From Vicugna vicugna (Eukaryota), in contig MU058337.1 of the NCBI GenBank assembly GCA_013265495.1, positions 3,068,686 to 3,132,685 of the forward strand: a stretch of DNA of 64,000 nucleotides, written 5' to 3'. Below the pieces are notes generated by a model that worked only from the letters and a program-made list of their open reading frames with translations, made no database searches and was not told where the DNA came from. The position numbers were made by a program, and so were the translations under genes. Positions 22,517 through 34,038 of the stretch are shown piece by piece (position 1 is the stretch's first letter; each line of letters begins with the position of its first letter).

Positions 22517-24846
22517 GTGGTTCTGTCACTCTCCGTGTCTGAGCTTCTGCTTCCTCACTAAGTAGGGACCGCGCAAGCTCCCACAGCAAGAAGGCCATCA
22601 CAAGCGGTGGCAGTTTTTCATTTCCCTACCTCCAAATACATACTCAGGAAAGGTCCTCTTACCCATTTCTCCAGCAAAGGAGAGAAAAACTGTGATGAAG
22701 GATCTGTTTGAATAGCAGAATATCCTATGGATTTGACTAGTTGTTGCATTGATTTTTTTTAATATGCATATATAGTTTACTCTTGTAATCGTTTAATTAC
22801 ACAAAACTTTAAATTTTGAAAGGAAAATCTGGAAGAAGAAAAGTTCCTTGAAGGGACCGTCTCCCAAGCCATTCTGACCAACGTTTCCCCCATGACCCAA
22901 CTCCACTGGTACTCCTGTTTCTGAAAACAAATTCAACAAGATGTGGAGAAAAATGTTGTTTAATTCAATAGCTCTCAGATAGTGAAAAGAACAAAGGATC
23001 ATTTTAAATAGATCAAAAATCGTAACCAAACAGAATTCTTCAGTCCCTCCATTCAAAGCTAGCAGTCCGTATTACATAAGAAAATCATCCTTTGAAAAGA
23101 TGAATATTTGTGATTCCAATGTTTTCATTAAATATAGTTAAATTTCAGAGCACAAATTGATTTGACGCTTGTTTAATTTAATTTACTACATGCATTTGTT
23201 TGTCATACTTTAATTTTTTTTAATTAGTTTTGGTAAAGAGTTCCATCATTTATTTAGTGTAATCTCTAAATCCAAGTTTCAGCAAATGAGTTGAATACGT
23301 TTTGTTTTTGATTCATAGACTCAGTGCTCTGGGTAAACCACATAAGAACTAACTGGATATTTTTTACAAAGGACAATCATGGCACCCACTGGAGGGCAAG
23401 GTCTCAGACCAAGACATACTGGTCCTCATTTTCTGAGATAACAGCCTAGAATAAACCAAGATGCTCACAGAAAATGAAAGAAGGAAAACCTTCTGTTTTC
23501 TCCAGGGAATGTTATTTCAAAGCTGCCACTTGTTCACATATTGCCACAAATCGTTGACAGTTTCAGCTCAGCCATCAAGAACACATTACCTCTATCCACT
23601 GTGGGGAGAAAGCTGTCAACAATATTGATTACAAATGTTTTTATGCCAAGAAAAAGCTGAACACTGAATATGAGCCACCAAAAAGCCCCACGGTGTGTGG
23701 TTCCAAAGCTACCCTGCAGTCTTCTTAAGTTGCTTTCAAAAATGACACGAACCGGTTAATTCAGTTCTTGCTATTTCCCTAAATGTTTGTTGACCCTTGT
23801 GTGTCAGCAGCGAATGATTGCAGGAGTACAATGAGACCCATGTTTACTGCCAAGCGGCTCAGTTTTAATATAATTGAAGATGTACTTTGAAAAAATAGAA
23901 AAAAAAATTTAAAAATTCAGAATTCAATTTTCACCATGTATATACCTATATAAACACACATTACTCCATTATTGGTAATAGAAGTTATTTAACCCTTCGG
24001 TAAGCAACTACTCTGATGGGTATAAAATGTTTATAGTATTTAGTCAAGTATCCAAAATAAAGAATCTACAAGATGATGAGGCATATACCAAATACAGAGA
24101 TATTCATTGCACTGTAATAGTATCAGTCTGGTGTGACAAAAATGTCTCATGACGGCAAATGTTAACAGCATTACTAGAAACCCATTTGAGAGAAAACCCA
24201 CAGCAATTTGGTTTGCCTTTCATATTTTAAATATGAACATGGTGTTGTACTAGGAAATACAAAAAGAAAAGTAAATTTATCAGATTATAGCATTTCAAAT
24301 TAAGTTATATTGTTTTTAAAATAATTTGTAAAACTCCTTCATTCATTAGCACAATGATTATATAACTTGATACACTGTAGAGAAAACATGAAAATCAAAC
24401 AATATAAACAAAACCTATAAAGGCTGAGGTTGGTGACTTATTTTAGAGATTTTCATTTCCTAAGGGGTAGAAACACTTTACAGTTTTTGTGCAGTGTTAA
24501 CGTGAAAACTACCAGTTTAAAACTCCAGTTTAAGTCATGGTTATTCATTCATTTAGCAAGTATTTATACACCATGCCTTCTGCCAGCACTGGATGAGGTG
24601 CTGGGAACCCATTAGCTGAAAGTTACATTTCTTTCTCCAGGAGCCCAGGACCTAGTAAACAAGGGAATTTTGATATAGAGTGATAGATTTTTTTTGGTGA
24701 ATTTACACACAGGTGCTGTAGGAGACCACTGCAAGGGAGCTTATTCCAATCAGTGGGACTCTGAAGGCTCCCTGAGGGGGTACTATAAAAAAATGCACTT
24801 AAAACACACATGAGTTTGGTGTGTTTCTAGCTTTACTAAATTGTGA

Positions 24847-24849
<3 letters not shown>

Positions 24850-24881
<32 letters not shown>
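24850..24881. repeat. (TA)16 microsatellite
   Basis: perfect TA run. Confidence 0.95.
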
Positions 24882-24884
<3 letters not shown>

Positions 24885-27364
24885 CAACATATAGATATGG
24901 GATTAAGGATGTATTGGACAAAGAGATGGAGATAAGGATTCTAATTAAATATTCACAAAAATCTATTAAAATATCCTGAGGGTGTGGAAAAAGGGTAATT
25001 GAGGAGAAAGTCATAAATTCTCAATAGTTCCTTAGCTTTGACAGTGGTGTTAAAGGAAATACAAGATCAAGATTTGAATTTGGGATCCATTATCATGATT
25101 TTGAAAGAGGGAGTACTAAGTAACTTCAGATAACCTAATATTTAGAGATAAATAATATTCCATCAATCAGCCCCTAAAAATTTTAAAAAAACAAAAAACA
25201 CTGAAGGTAGAGCTCTGTTCAAGGAAACAACTTATGCTAGAAAAAAATAAGATCACAAGGAAGCTTGCATCAAGATATAAAATACCTCATTTTATTATTA
25301 ATGTTGCAATGGTATAAACTAAATAAATGGAAGAAGATGTTTGGAGAAAAAGCATAACAACCAACATTCTCTAGACTACAAAATGAAAATTGCATTTCCA
25401 AGAGGAAAGTAATTATGTGAGTGTTCTGACATTTTTTCCATATCTGTGCCAAATAGCTTTTATCTTGAATATTTCCTAAATATGAAAATTGGTTGATAGA
25501 ATACAAAATAGATGTAGAAGTAGCCACATTTTCACTAAAATAATTTAAATGATTATTTTATATACAGAATTTAATATGTATGAAAGCATATAATGTTTAA
25601 CATAATATATATTATAATAATTATAAAATTACTCTTTCCTTTCAATTCCTATTTAAAATATTAAATAGCTACACATAGACTTGCTGCTCCATAAATATTT
25701 ATTGAATTCCAGGATCATTAGACTGTATGAAACACAAGATTTAGAGCTATGCCTGTTAATATTTAAGGTAAAAATCTACTGTTTAAGTGGGTAATTATTA
25801 TCAACAACAAACCAAAAATAAATTGTAAAATATTTTTTAAAATGGATTTTCCATAAAGGAAATATATTAGAGATAAATGCTGCAAAGTAAAGAACAAAGA
25901 TGGACTAAAATGCAGCATTCACAAAGGAAATACCAGTGAACCAGTTCCGTAATGTGTGAAGTGCTGAGTCTGATAAAGAATATACAACTGGCTCCCGATA
26001 TGGAAAAAAGGAACATATTTTGAAAAGATGCAATGTTTTTGTAATTCTTTGCTACAGAAATGATTTATTATTATTAATTTTTACAATTTACAATCTTTAT
26101 TGAGAGATAATCATTTATTATGGCTACTTGGAGAGATTTAAATGTAATCCAGGTAAACTGGAAAAGGGTTTAATTTCTCCCAAAGCAACCAAAAGGAGGA
26201 AAGACAACTGAATGACTGCTTTGGTGAGGGAACCAGAGGACCTACTGTTGTGCTGGAGCTGGATGGCGCGCCTAGAATTTGTCAGGATAAAGGATACACT
26301 GTGTTCCCAGAGAACAGAACTGGCATGAGGTCACCTTGGATTTTACTAATAGGGTCACCTGGAGCAGGGAGGAAACACAACAGGAAGAAGCCGGGGGTTG
26401 ATACTAGATGCACTGAGAGGAGGGAAGGTGGCACATCTCCACCAGGATTGGAGATGCAAGGAAGATCTAGCTGGTAGAAACTGTGTTTGAGAAGAACAAT
26501 GAGAATCCCTGGAGAGTCAGCAAGGTTACCTTGAGAGAAGGAGCTAATTTACCACCTGCTCGGCCCAGAGCCCATAGAGCCCATCACAAAACTAGCAAGA
26601 CAGAGCTGCCTCTTTCTTCCTTCTCTGTCTTCCCGAGTTCCAGCACCCACACAGCTTGAAGTCAGGGTTTGGGGTTAGGGGAATAAGGAGACAGGTGGAG
26701 AGTTAAACCAACTACACCCCTACCCCTGAGGCAGAGGAGTGTCCAGAATATGCCCTAGCAGAGAAGGAAGTCTTCACCAGGTACAAAGTCACAGTTGTTC
26801 ATTATTCTGACCTAAGTTTGATGAGGTCACTGAGCATTTGTTGGGCCTGACCCATGTTGTAGGCATGGACATCCCTATACAGACTAGATAGTGGACTTTC
26901 AAAATCTGACGTAAACAGATGGTCTAACTGTTACACAATAAGCATGTTAAAATTAAACTTATACCGTTGAAAATAAATAGCAATTAATAGCCTGATTTTT
27001 ATGGTTCAGTTTTTGTGACTTACAAAGTAAATAAATAAGATATGTTGAAACTGGTAAAAATAAAAAAATAATTCTATCATAAAATAGTATCAATTTGAAG
27101 CCTAAAAATTTAGTCTTGTCGTTTAAACTCCTTAAACATTTCTTATAAGACAATATTTCAAATTAGAATTACCAGAGTTAAAGTTAACCTTATTCATTTT
27201 AAATAGTCACAGGGATCCAAGACCCTTGATTGGTCAAATTCTATTTATTAGGGGGTTTATCTCATTTTAAAAAGAGTATTAAATCAGTAGCTGGTTCTGC
27301 CATTTAATCAATCAAATATTTTCATGAGATAGATTCAGTAATCATTTGTTTTCCATTAATTTAA

Positions 27365-28260
27365 TCAACAATTCAACAAATAGTTATTTAGCATTTAATG
27401 AATGTAAGGCCTATTCTAGGCACTAAGGTTAAAACAAGCAATAGAGTAGATTAAATCTAACCCTTCGTGAGCCTTAGAGTGTATGGAGGGCAGGGTGGGG
27501 CAGGGTGGAGGAGAAAGAGGGAAACAAAGAAACAGAAATCACATAAGGAGATTGTGCTTGAAAGGAAATACAATTTTAGATCTGGTGGTCTAGGAAACAC
27601 ATTTGATGAAGTCACTTTTGAGCAGAAACCAAAGAGATGGGAAAGATCGTGCAGAGACGTAAGGAACATTCCAGAAAGAGACACAAGCAAATGCCAGCCC
27701 CAAGGCAGGAGCAGCATGAACGTCCCAGAAAAGGCAAGCAGGTCTGTCTGTCTGTCTGGAGCGCAGTGAGCGAGAAGAGGAAGGGTGGTGAGAAGTAAGA
27801 CCAGAGCTGGGCAGGGGCAGAGCCCGCATCCTGTGAACCCAGGGCGTCCTGCTAAGATTTATCCTGAGTGAGGCAGGAAACCACTTCTCGCCAAGGCGTG
27901 ACCAGGATTTGGGGGTTCTTCTGGGCTATGGGGTGGGAAGGAGCCCGTGAAGGGAAGCCTGGGAGCAGCCAGGCCCACGAGAGCTCTGCAGAGAGAGACG
28001 AAGTGACTGGGCCCAGCCCGGCGCTGCTGCAGGCGCTGAGAAATGGTGCGATGATGCAGATCTGAAGAGGGGTGTTCAGCAGCTGCAGGCTGCTCACCTG
28101 CGGGAAGTGAGCAAGGATGGAACCCTAGGTTCTGGGTTGCTGAATGGCGACGTCACTTATTGAGAAGAAAACTGTGGGACAAGCAGGTTTGAGGAGAAAA
28201 AGCAAGAACACGTCTCTGGACCCCTTGTTTATGTTCATTACACATCCAAGAGCAATCACG
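27365..28260 (-). mobile_element. L2a 3' fragment
   Basis: ATTCAACAAATAGTTATTTAGCA...TTCTAGGCACT...GTCACTTTTGAGCAGAAACC...CAAATGCCAGCCCCAAGGCAGGAGC. Confidence 0.8.
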
Positions 28261-28744
28261 GGATAGACGTGCTGTTCCATTCAGTTTTCTCCTCAGGTAA
28301 TGGCAAGGGCACTTAGATTAATAATGACAGAGGGTAGATTTATGAATAAATGAAGTCAATTACTGCAAAATAATTATTGACTCTGACTGGATGAAAAGAG
28401 CTTTAAAATGTTTAGAGTATATATTCTCATGCCATCCTGTGTTATTTATTAATAAATTTAGGCTAGGGCAAGTGCATGCATTCTGTTGTTTTTGTTGGTT
28501 GTTCTTTAAAGTGTAATCTAGAGCATTTAAGTAAAGCACAATTACATTCTTTCCCAGACTCCATAAAACTCACTTCACATGTGGAGAACACACTGAGTGT
28601 TAATTGGTGACACAGAAACATGGAATGGTGATAATTACTGCAGCTCTACAGGAACCCAAACCTACAAGCCACAGGGCTGTGGAGGTTGACATTGAAAGTC
28701 CATGGTCACCTGCCCACTTCCTGGGCTCAGACATGCGGTGACTC

Positions 28745-29120
28745 TCATGTATTCCAAGTCCCCCAAGAAGCAGATGCTGATACGGGACTAAATGAGCAAG
28801 GCTTTGATTAGGGGAAGTGCCTGCGGGGAGCAGACAGGGAGGGGCTGGCAGAGTGCAGTGTGACCCTGAAAGAAGGAGAGAGGGAGGGGAGGCAGGTTAC
28901 AAGCAGGCTAAAGGAGTTTCAGCAAGGCCCTCATGAAGTGCTTGAGCCAAGGTCGATGTCAGAGTTGTCCCCTGTCTTCCAAAAGTGTGGCCACCTTAGC
29001 ACACTCCCTGTACTCTATCTTTGGATGCAAGCAGCTATGGGAGTTTTGGCTCCAGTGTAAATGCAGTGATGGATTTCAAAACCCAGTAGGAAGGGCCCTG
29101 GGCCCATGACCTCCCAACAT
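28745..29120 (-). mobile_element. ERVL LTR16-like LTR
   Basis: CCCCCAAGAAGCAGATGCTGATACGGGACT...GCAAGGCTTTGATTAGGGGAAGTGCCTG...GAAGGAGAGAGGGAGG. Confidence 0.65.
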
Positions 29121-29301
29121 TGTAGAGGAAACCATTATAGGAAGATAGACTTGTACTAAGTTTATGCAAGAGGTACTATCTTTAGGTCAAGGGAATGGTC
29201 CATCAGAAGGATGCCTATGAGGAAAAGGTACCGCCCATCATCATATTAGAATTAATTGTCAAGAGTTAATATTAGAAAGTAAGACTTTCAACCAAACATA
29301 C

Positions 29302-29635
29302 TTTCAGGTCCGTCCAGGCTGCCATAACAAAATATCATGGACTGAATGGCTTAAAACAAAAAACATCAATGTCTCACAGTTATGGAGACTGGGAAATCCA
29401 AGATCAAGGCAGTGACAGATCTGCTGTCTGGTGAGAGCCTGCTTCCTCATTCAAAGCTGACTTTTCACTGTGGAAATAAATAAGGAAGCTTTCTGGAGCT
29501 TCCTGTATAAGAGCACTAATGCCATTCATACGGGCTTCACCCTCATGACCTAATCATCCCCAAAGCACCCCCACCTTGGAGGTTAGGGCTGCTGCATGTG
29601 AATTTTGAGGGGACACAAGCGTTCACTCTATAACA
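29302..29635 (-). mobile_element. MLT1A-type MaLR solo LTR
   Basis: GGCTGCCATAACAAAATATCA...TCTCACAGTTATGGAGACTGGGAAATCCAAGATCAAGG...CCCTCATGACCTAATCA...CTATAACA; flanks CATAC/CGTAC are a probable 5-bp TSD. Confidence 0.88.
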
Positions 29636-29724
29636 CGTACATGGATTATTTTGAAAGTATCTAGGCATTCCCCCATGGTACCAGGACACCTGGGCCAACT
29701 GCAATCATTTTGGTTCAAGAATAA

Positions 29725-29980
29725 AACAATAATAATAACAACAAAATAACATAGAGCCAGTATTAGGTTTTTCTACTGCCACACATACTTCTTAAGAATT
29801 AAGGTATTTAGCTTGTTTATGGGGTGAGTTCTGTATTACCATCAATGTCATGGAAGGAGGCAGCTGAGGCACAGAGAATTTATGTAACTTCTCTAAGGTA
29901 ATAAAGCTAGGAAATTGGAAGAGACAGTTTCCACACCAGGCATCTTGACTCCAAAAACCAGACTCCTAACCACTAGGGTA
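29725..29980 (-). mobile_element. MIR
   Basis: AATAATAACAACAAAATAACATAGAG...GCTGAGGCACAGAGAATTTATGTAACTT...TGACTCCAAAAACC...CTCCTAACCACTA. Confidence 0.7.
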
Positions 29981-31070
29981 CCCTGGCTATCCTTGGGGTT
30001 TTAGGCAATTCAGAAATGGTTCATAGAACCATTTCCCTAAATTGTGTCCTTAACATGATTATACATATCATTTTGACTATAGCAAATAAAATGAATTTTT
30101 TTTCAATTTCAAAATCTAGAGTTTTATAGAAAACTATATTCAAAATATGAAACATCATACCTCTTAAAGGAGAAAAAAAAACCATTTCAGTAAACATAGT
30201 AGAGCCTAGGTGAAAATAAGCCTTTTTTAAAAAGCAACTGCCTAACATAAAATTGGTTTTGGCACATCACTTGGGCATAGCTTTGAAAATGGTTTATTGA
30301 TAGCAGCCCAATTCACTGACTGTGGTAAGTGTTAATTTCAGAGGTTTATTAAAAATGTGAATCCTACTTTGTCAACCTGTTAACACAATGACAATATAAG
30401 CACTATACCCAAAGAGCTTCTCGCACCCTGGATAATTATAATGCTTTTTATTCTGGGCATGTCAATTATTAGCATTGATCTTTGCTCTGAAAGCATTACT
30501 ACATCTTAGGAAGTCCATGAAGGGGTGTTAAGTATGGGTCTCCTGAAGTGAAGTATGTAACAGTTAATTAAGTAGCTTCTACTGTAATGGAAAAAAAATA
30601 GCTAGAAATATGACTGACTCAGATCTTTTTAAGAAAGATAATGATCCAGTCACTGATAACACTGGAAAGGATGGAGCTTAGACATTTATAAAATCAAGAA
30701 TTGCCCGAATCTGTTCACTTTAGTAAAAAATTCTTTCCAACTATAGTGTTTCTTTTGGTGAATTAAGTGACATTTATCTATCCAACAACTTGAATCCAAA
30801 TAATTACTAACAAATCACAGAGTCATGAAAATAACCCAACATTCAGGGCTCAAACTAAGCACGTGTGGGAAAGCAGACGATTTGATAGGGACTTGCTGAG
30901 GACAGACCACGGTGAGCAAAATGCTGTCCATGTAGGGTGGCATTCTAGCTTCCAGGAATCATTTCTGTCTTTAGTTCATTTGTTTTAGGAGGAATAATAA
31001 ATTCATCTATGAATACTGTGTGAATATATTTTATTAGAGGTTTTTAAGGTTTAAAGGTACCAAGGGAAAG

Positions 31071-31095
31071 AAAAAAAAAAAAAAAAAAAAAAAAA
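31071..31095 (+). repeat. A25 homopolymer
   Basis: 25 consecutive A with no recognisable retroelement upstream. Confidence 0.95.
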
Positions 31096-32910
31096 GACAA
31101 GACATCCCAGCCAGGTAAGCTGAGATGCAGGAGGAGAGCAGACTGCTGGGATGTGGGTGTGCGGGGCGTGGTGGGGGAGGGGGAAGCAGAGCGGGTGTCT
31201 CGCAATATGGAGCGGGCAGGACCGCACTGTGATAGAAGTGATCAGATGCGGTGATCAAGGACCACTCCTGCACATTTCCGTAGAAAAACTCTGCCACAGT
31301 TGTTTGATTTAACTGAAAAAAATATATATAAATAATAAATAAGCAAGACAGCAAAGGCGTCATCTTGCTGCCGACAGTGAAGGATACAGGGCTCACGAGG
31401 ACAGCAACTGTCTCTGTCCCGTTCCCTGCGACCGCCTCTGATCCAGGCCACAGGATGAAGTGGGTGGGCGTGCAGTGGGCATTACTGACTGGCTGCAGAC
31501 ATAGTCCTTCCCTGTTGCTCTAAAATGAAAAGAAGCCTCCCCAGTCTGCGACCATCCTCTGTACCAGGATTCAATGATCAGGAGAACACGGTTCACAGCA
31601 TGTACACAGCTCCATTTCCACTTAACGTGTCCTCGATGATACAAAGACGCCCTTCTGTCTAGATGTTTAGTTATATTACTTTCTCTCATAGTCTGCTGCA
31701 GAAACAACACTTCTCGAGCTTTCTGCTTTTCAAAACCATAGAGACCAGTGTTCCATTAGGAATTTTCAGGTTATCAAACAAACATAATAAATCTATTTTT
31801 TTCAGCAGTACCATCAGAATGATGTCTTTCCTCCAGATTACCCTGATTGTATTGTCATTTTTAAGGGATCTCAGCTTTGCCAAACATCTCTTTCTTTTTT
31901 TTAGCCCCGAATGGACAGAGAAAACCCTAGACAAGCCTTTGAACAAACAGAAGGCCTCTGCTTTCAGGACATTCCGTTTCCAGTCTCTCCGCTGCCTTGT
32001 AGCTGACCCAGGCGGCCTGCTGTGGCATCTCGTTGAATCCTGACGTTTCTCACTAATATTCAACTTATGCCAAGACTGAGGATTCCCCACCATCCGCTGG
32101 TGTCCAGCAAACAAAACTAGTAAAACCAGGACAGAGAGCTCTACCTCCTCCTATCAAAACGCCGTAGAGAACTACATCTCATGACAAGCTTTCTTAACAT
32201 TCCCTTTCTTCTGTACATGAATCTTCCGCATCTTACAAGCACTAGAAAACCATTTCCTTGCCCAAACTCTCCCTGAAAATCTATACCCAGTCCAAGCTGC
32301 TCTCTTTTATTTCTCTCTTTCTCCCCCCACCTATCCATCTCCAGGTTCTCCATATAGTATAGTAACTAATTTAATACTGACAACAATGCTAGTAGGGAGA
32401 TATTATTGTTATTATTATTACTATCATTATCATCATCAACATCAATGTGATCATTAAAACTGTAGAGATTCAAACACCAAAACATAGAAGCCAAGAAACT
32501 AGCTCAAATATGTAACCAGTAGAGGTAAATTTTGAACCTCACACTCTGAGCCTAGAGAACACCCCCATAGCCCCATTCTTCTCTACCTACTTTTGGGGAC
32601 ACCCTCTGTTTCTCTTCTCCTTATGACATCCCCTGTTTCTATACACAGAAGAGACTCGATGCAACTTTGTTGAATAAAGGCAGACAAGCACAGTCTTTGT
32701 TTCTGTAGGATGAAAACAATCACAGGAATGGAAATCCTTCTTTAAAAATAAATGATACTTTCAGCTTCTGACAATACTCCATGTCAAGGTTAAATAATTG
32801 CAGGAAAACTAAGAGAGTCACGATAAGGAGGAAAAGAAGGAGATGGATGACGCTGATACTGGAAATATAATCCATCAATATCTACGTCCAACAATGTCAA
32901 AGGAAACATA

Positions 32911-33345
32911 TTATTTGGGGTTGGATTTTGTCTGCTCCAAAAAAAGGATATCTTGAAATCCCAACCCCTAATACTTCAGAATGTAATGTTATTAAGAAAT
33001 AGAGTCCTCACAGAGACACTCAAGTTAAAGTCAGGTCATTAGGGTGGGCTCTGATTGTACACATCTAGCATCCTTGTTGAATGGGAAATTTGGACCCCAA
33101 AACAGTCATTGACAGAGAGAAGAAGATGTGAATGCCACCTACAAGCGAAGGAACACCTGAAGCCCTCAGAAGCTCGGAGAGAGGCAAGGAACAAATTTTT
33201 CCTCTCCACTTTCTGAAGGAACCAACCCTTCTGACACCTAAATTTTGGGCTTCAAGCACCTAGAACTGTGAGACAATGTATTTCCATTATTTAAGCCAGT
33301 CAGTTTGTGGTACTTTGTTTTGGCAGCCCTAAGAAACTGATAACA
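32911..33345 (+). mobile_element. MLT1B/C-type MaLR solo LTR
   Basis: TACTTCAGAATGTAATG...GGTCATTAGGGTGGGCTCTGAT...CTAGAACTGTGAGACAAT...GTTTGTGGTACTTTGTTTTGGCAGCCCTAAGAAACTGATAACA. Confidence 0.88.
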
Positions 33346-34025
33346 CATCATTGGAACATCATGCTAATCCTCTCCTCCCTGTTTCAAAATGCAGAATGAT
33401 AATTCTTTCACTCCCAAGCCAGGAGAGTCTCAGAGCCTCAGCCAGTAGGTGCTGAGTTGGATGACTTCTTTAAGGAGAAGGCCAAGAGAAAAAAAAAAGA
33501 AAGAAAGGAAGAAAGAGAAGAAAGAAATGTGTATCCCTGGGCATTTTCAATCTTCCTTCTTTGCTTGTGCTACCCCACTCCCCTTTTACGGTGGAGCATT
33601 CAAAGGAACTCAGCTTTACTCGGCCAGAAGGCGGAGTTGGGTGGCTCATCCAAATGGCCACTTTGGGAGAAAGGAATGAAGCGCCTGGGAGGTTTGCTCT
33701 TCTAAGTAAGTATTTGAAAAATGAAAAAACAAAAATGGTTAGGTGGCCTTGTGAAGACAACGTACTTGATAAAACTCTTAATGAGCAAATTCAGAACTAG
33801 CATTATGTAGCCTTCCTTAAAATAAAGTATACGCATTCCATTTTAGAACTAAGTAGTAATACCCAAAATAAAGAAATCAAGCCGACCCAGCGAAGCGGCT
33901 GTTTGAGGAATGATGGTTTTCCCCCATGAATACATGTAAAAGTTTGCCTCATAAACCCCATTACCTCGCTGGAGCTTCTCGGAAAGTAGTCGCTAGGAAA
34001 CACTTCGATAAAAGCAAGCTCCCGA

Positions 34026-34038
34026 CACGGACAGCGCC
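34026..34038 (+). promoter_or_regulatory. REST/NRSF RE1 right-half site
   Basis: CACGGACAGCGCC equals the last 13 bases of the RE1 consensus TTCAGCACCACGGACAGCGCC; the left half is absent or degenerate. Confidence 0.4.
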
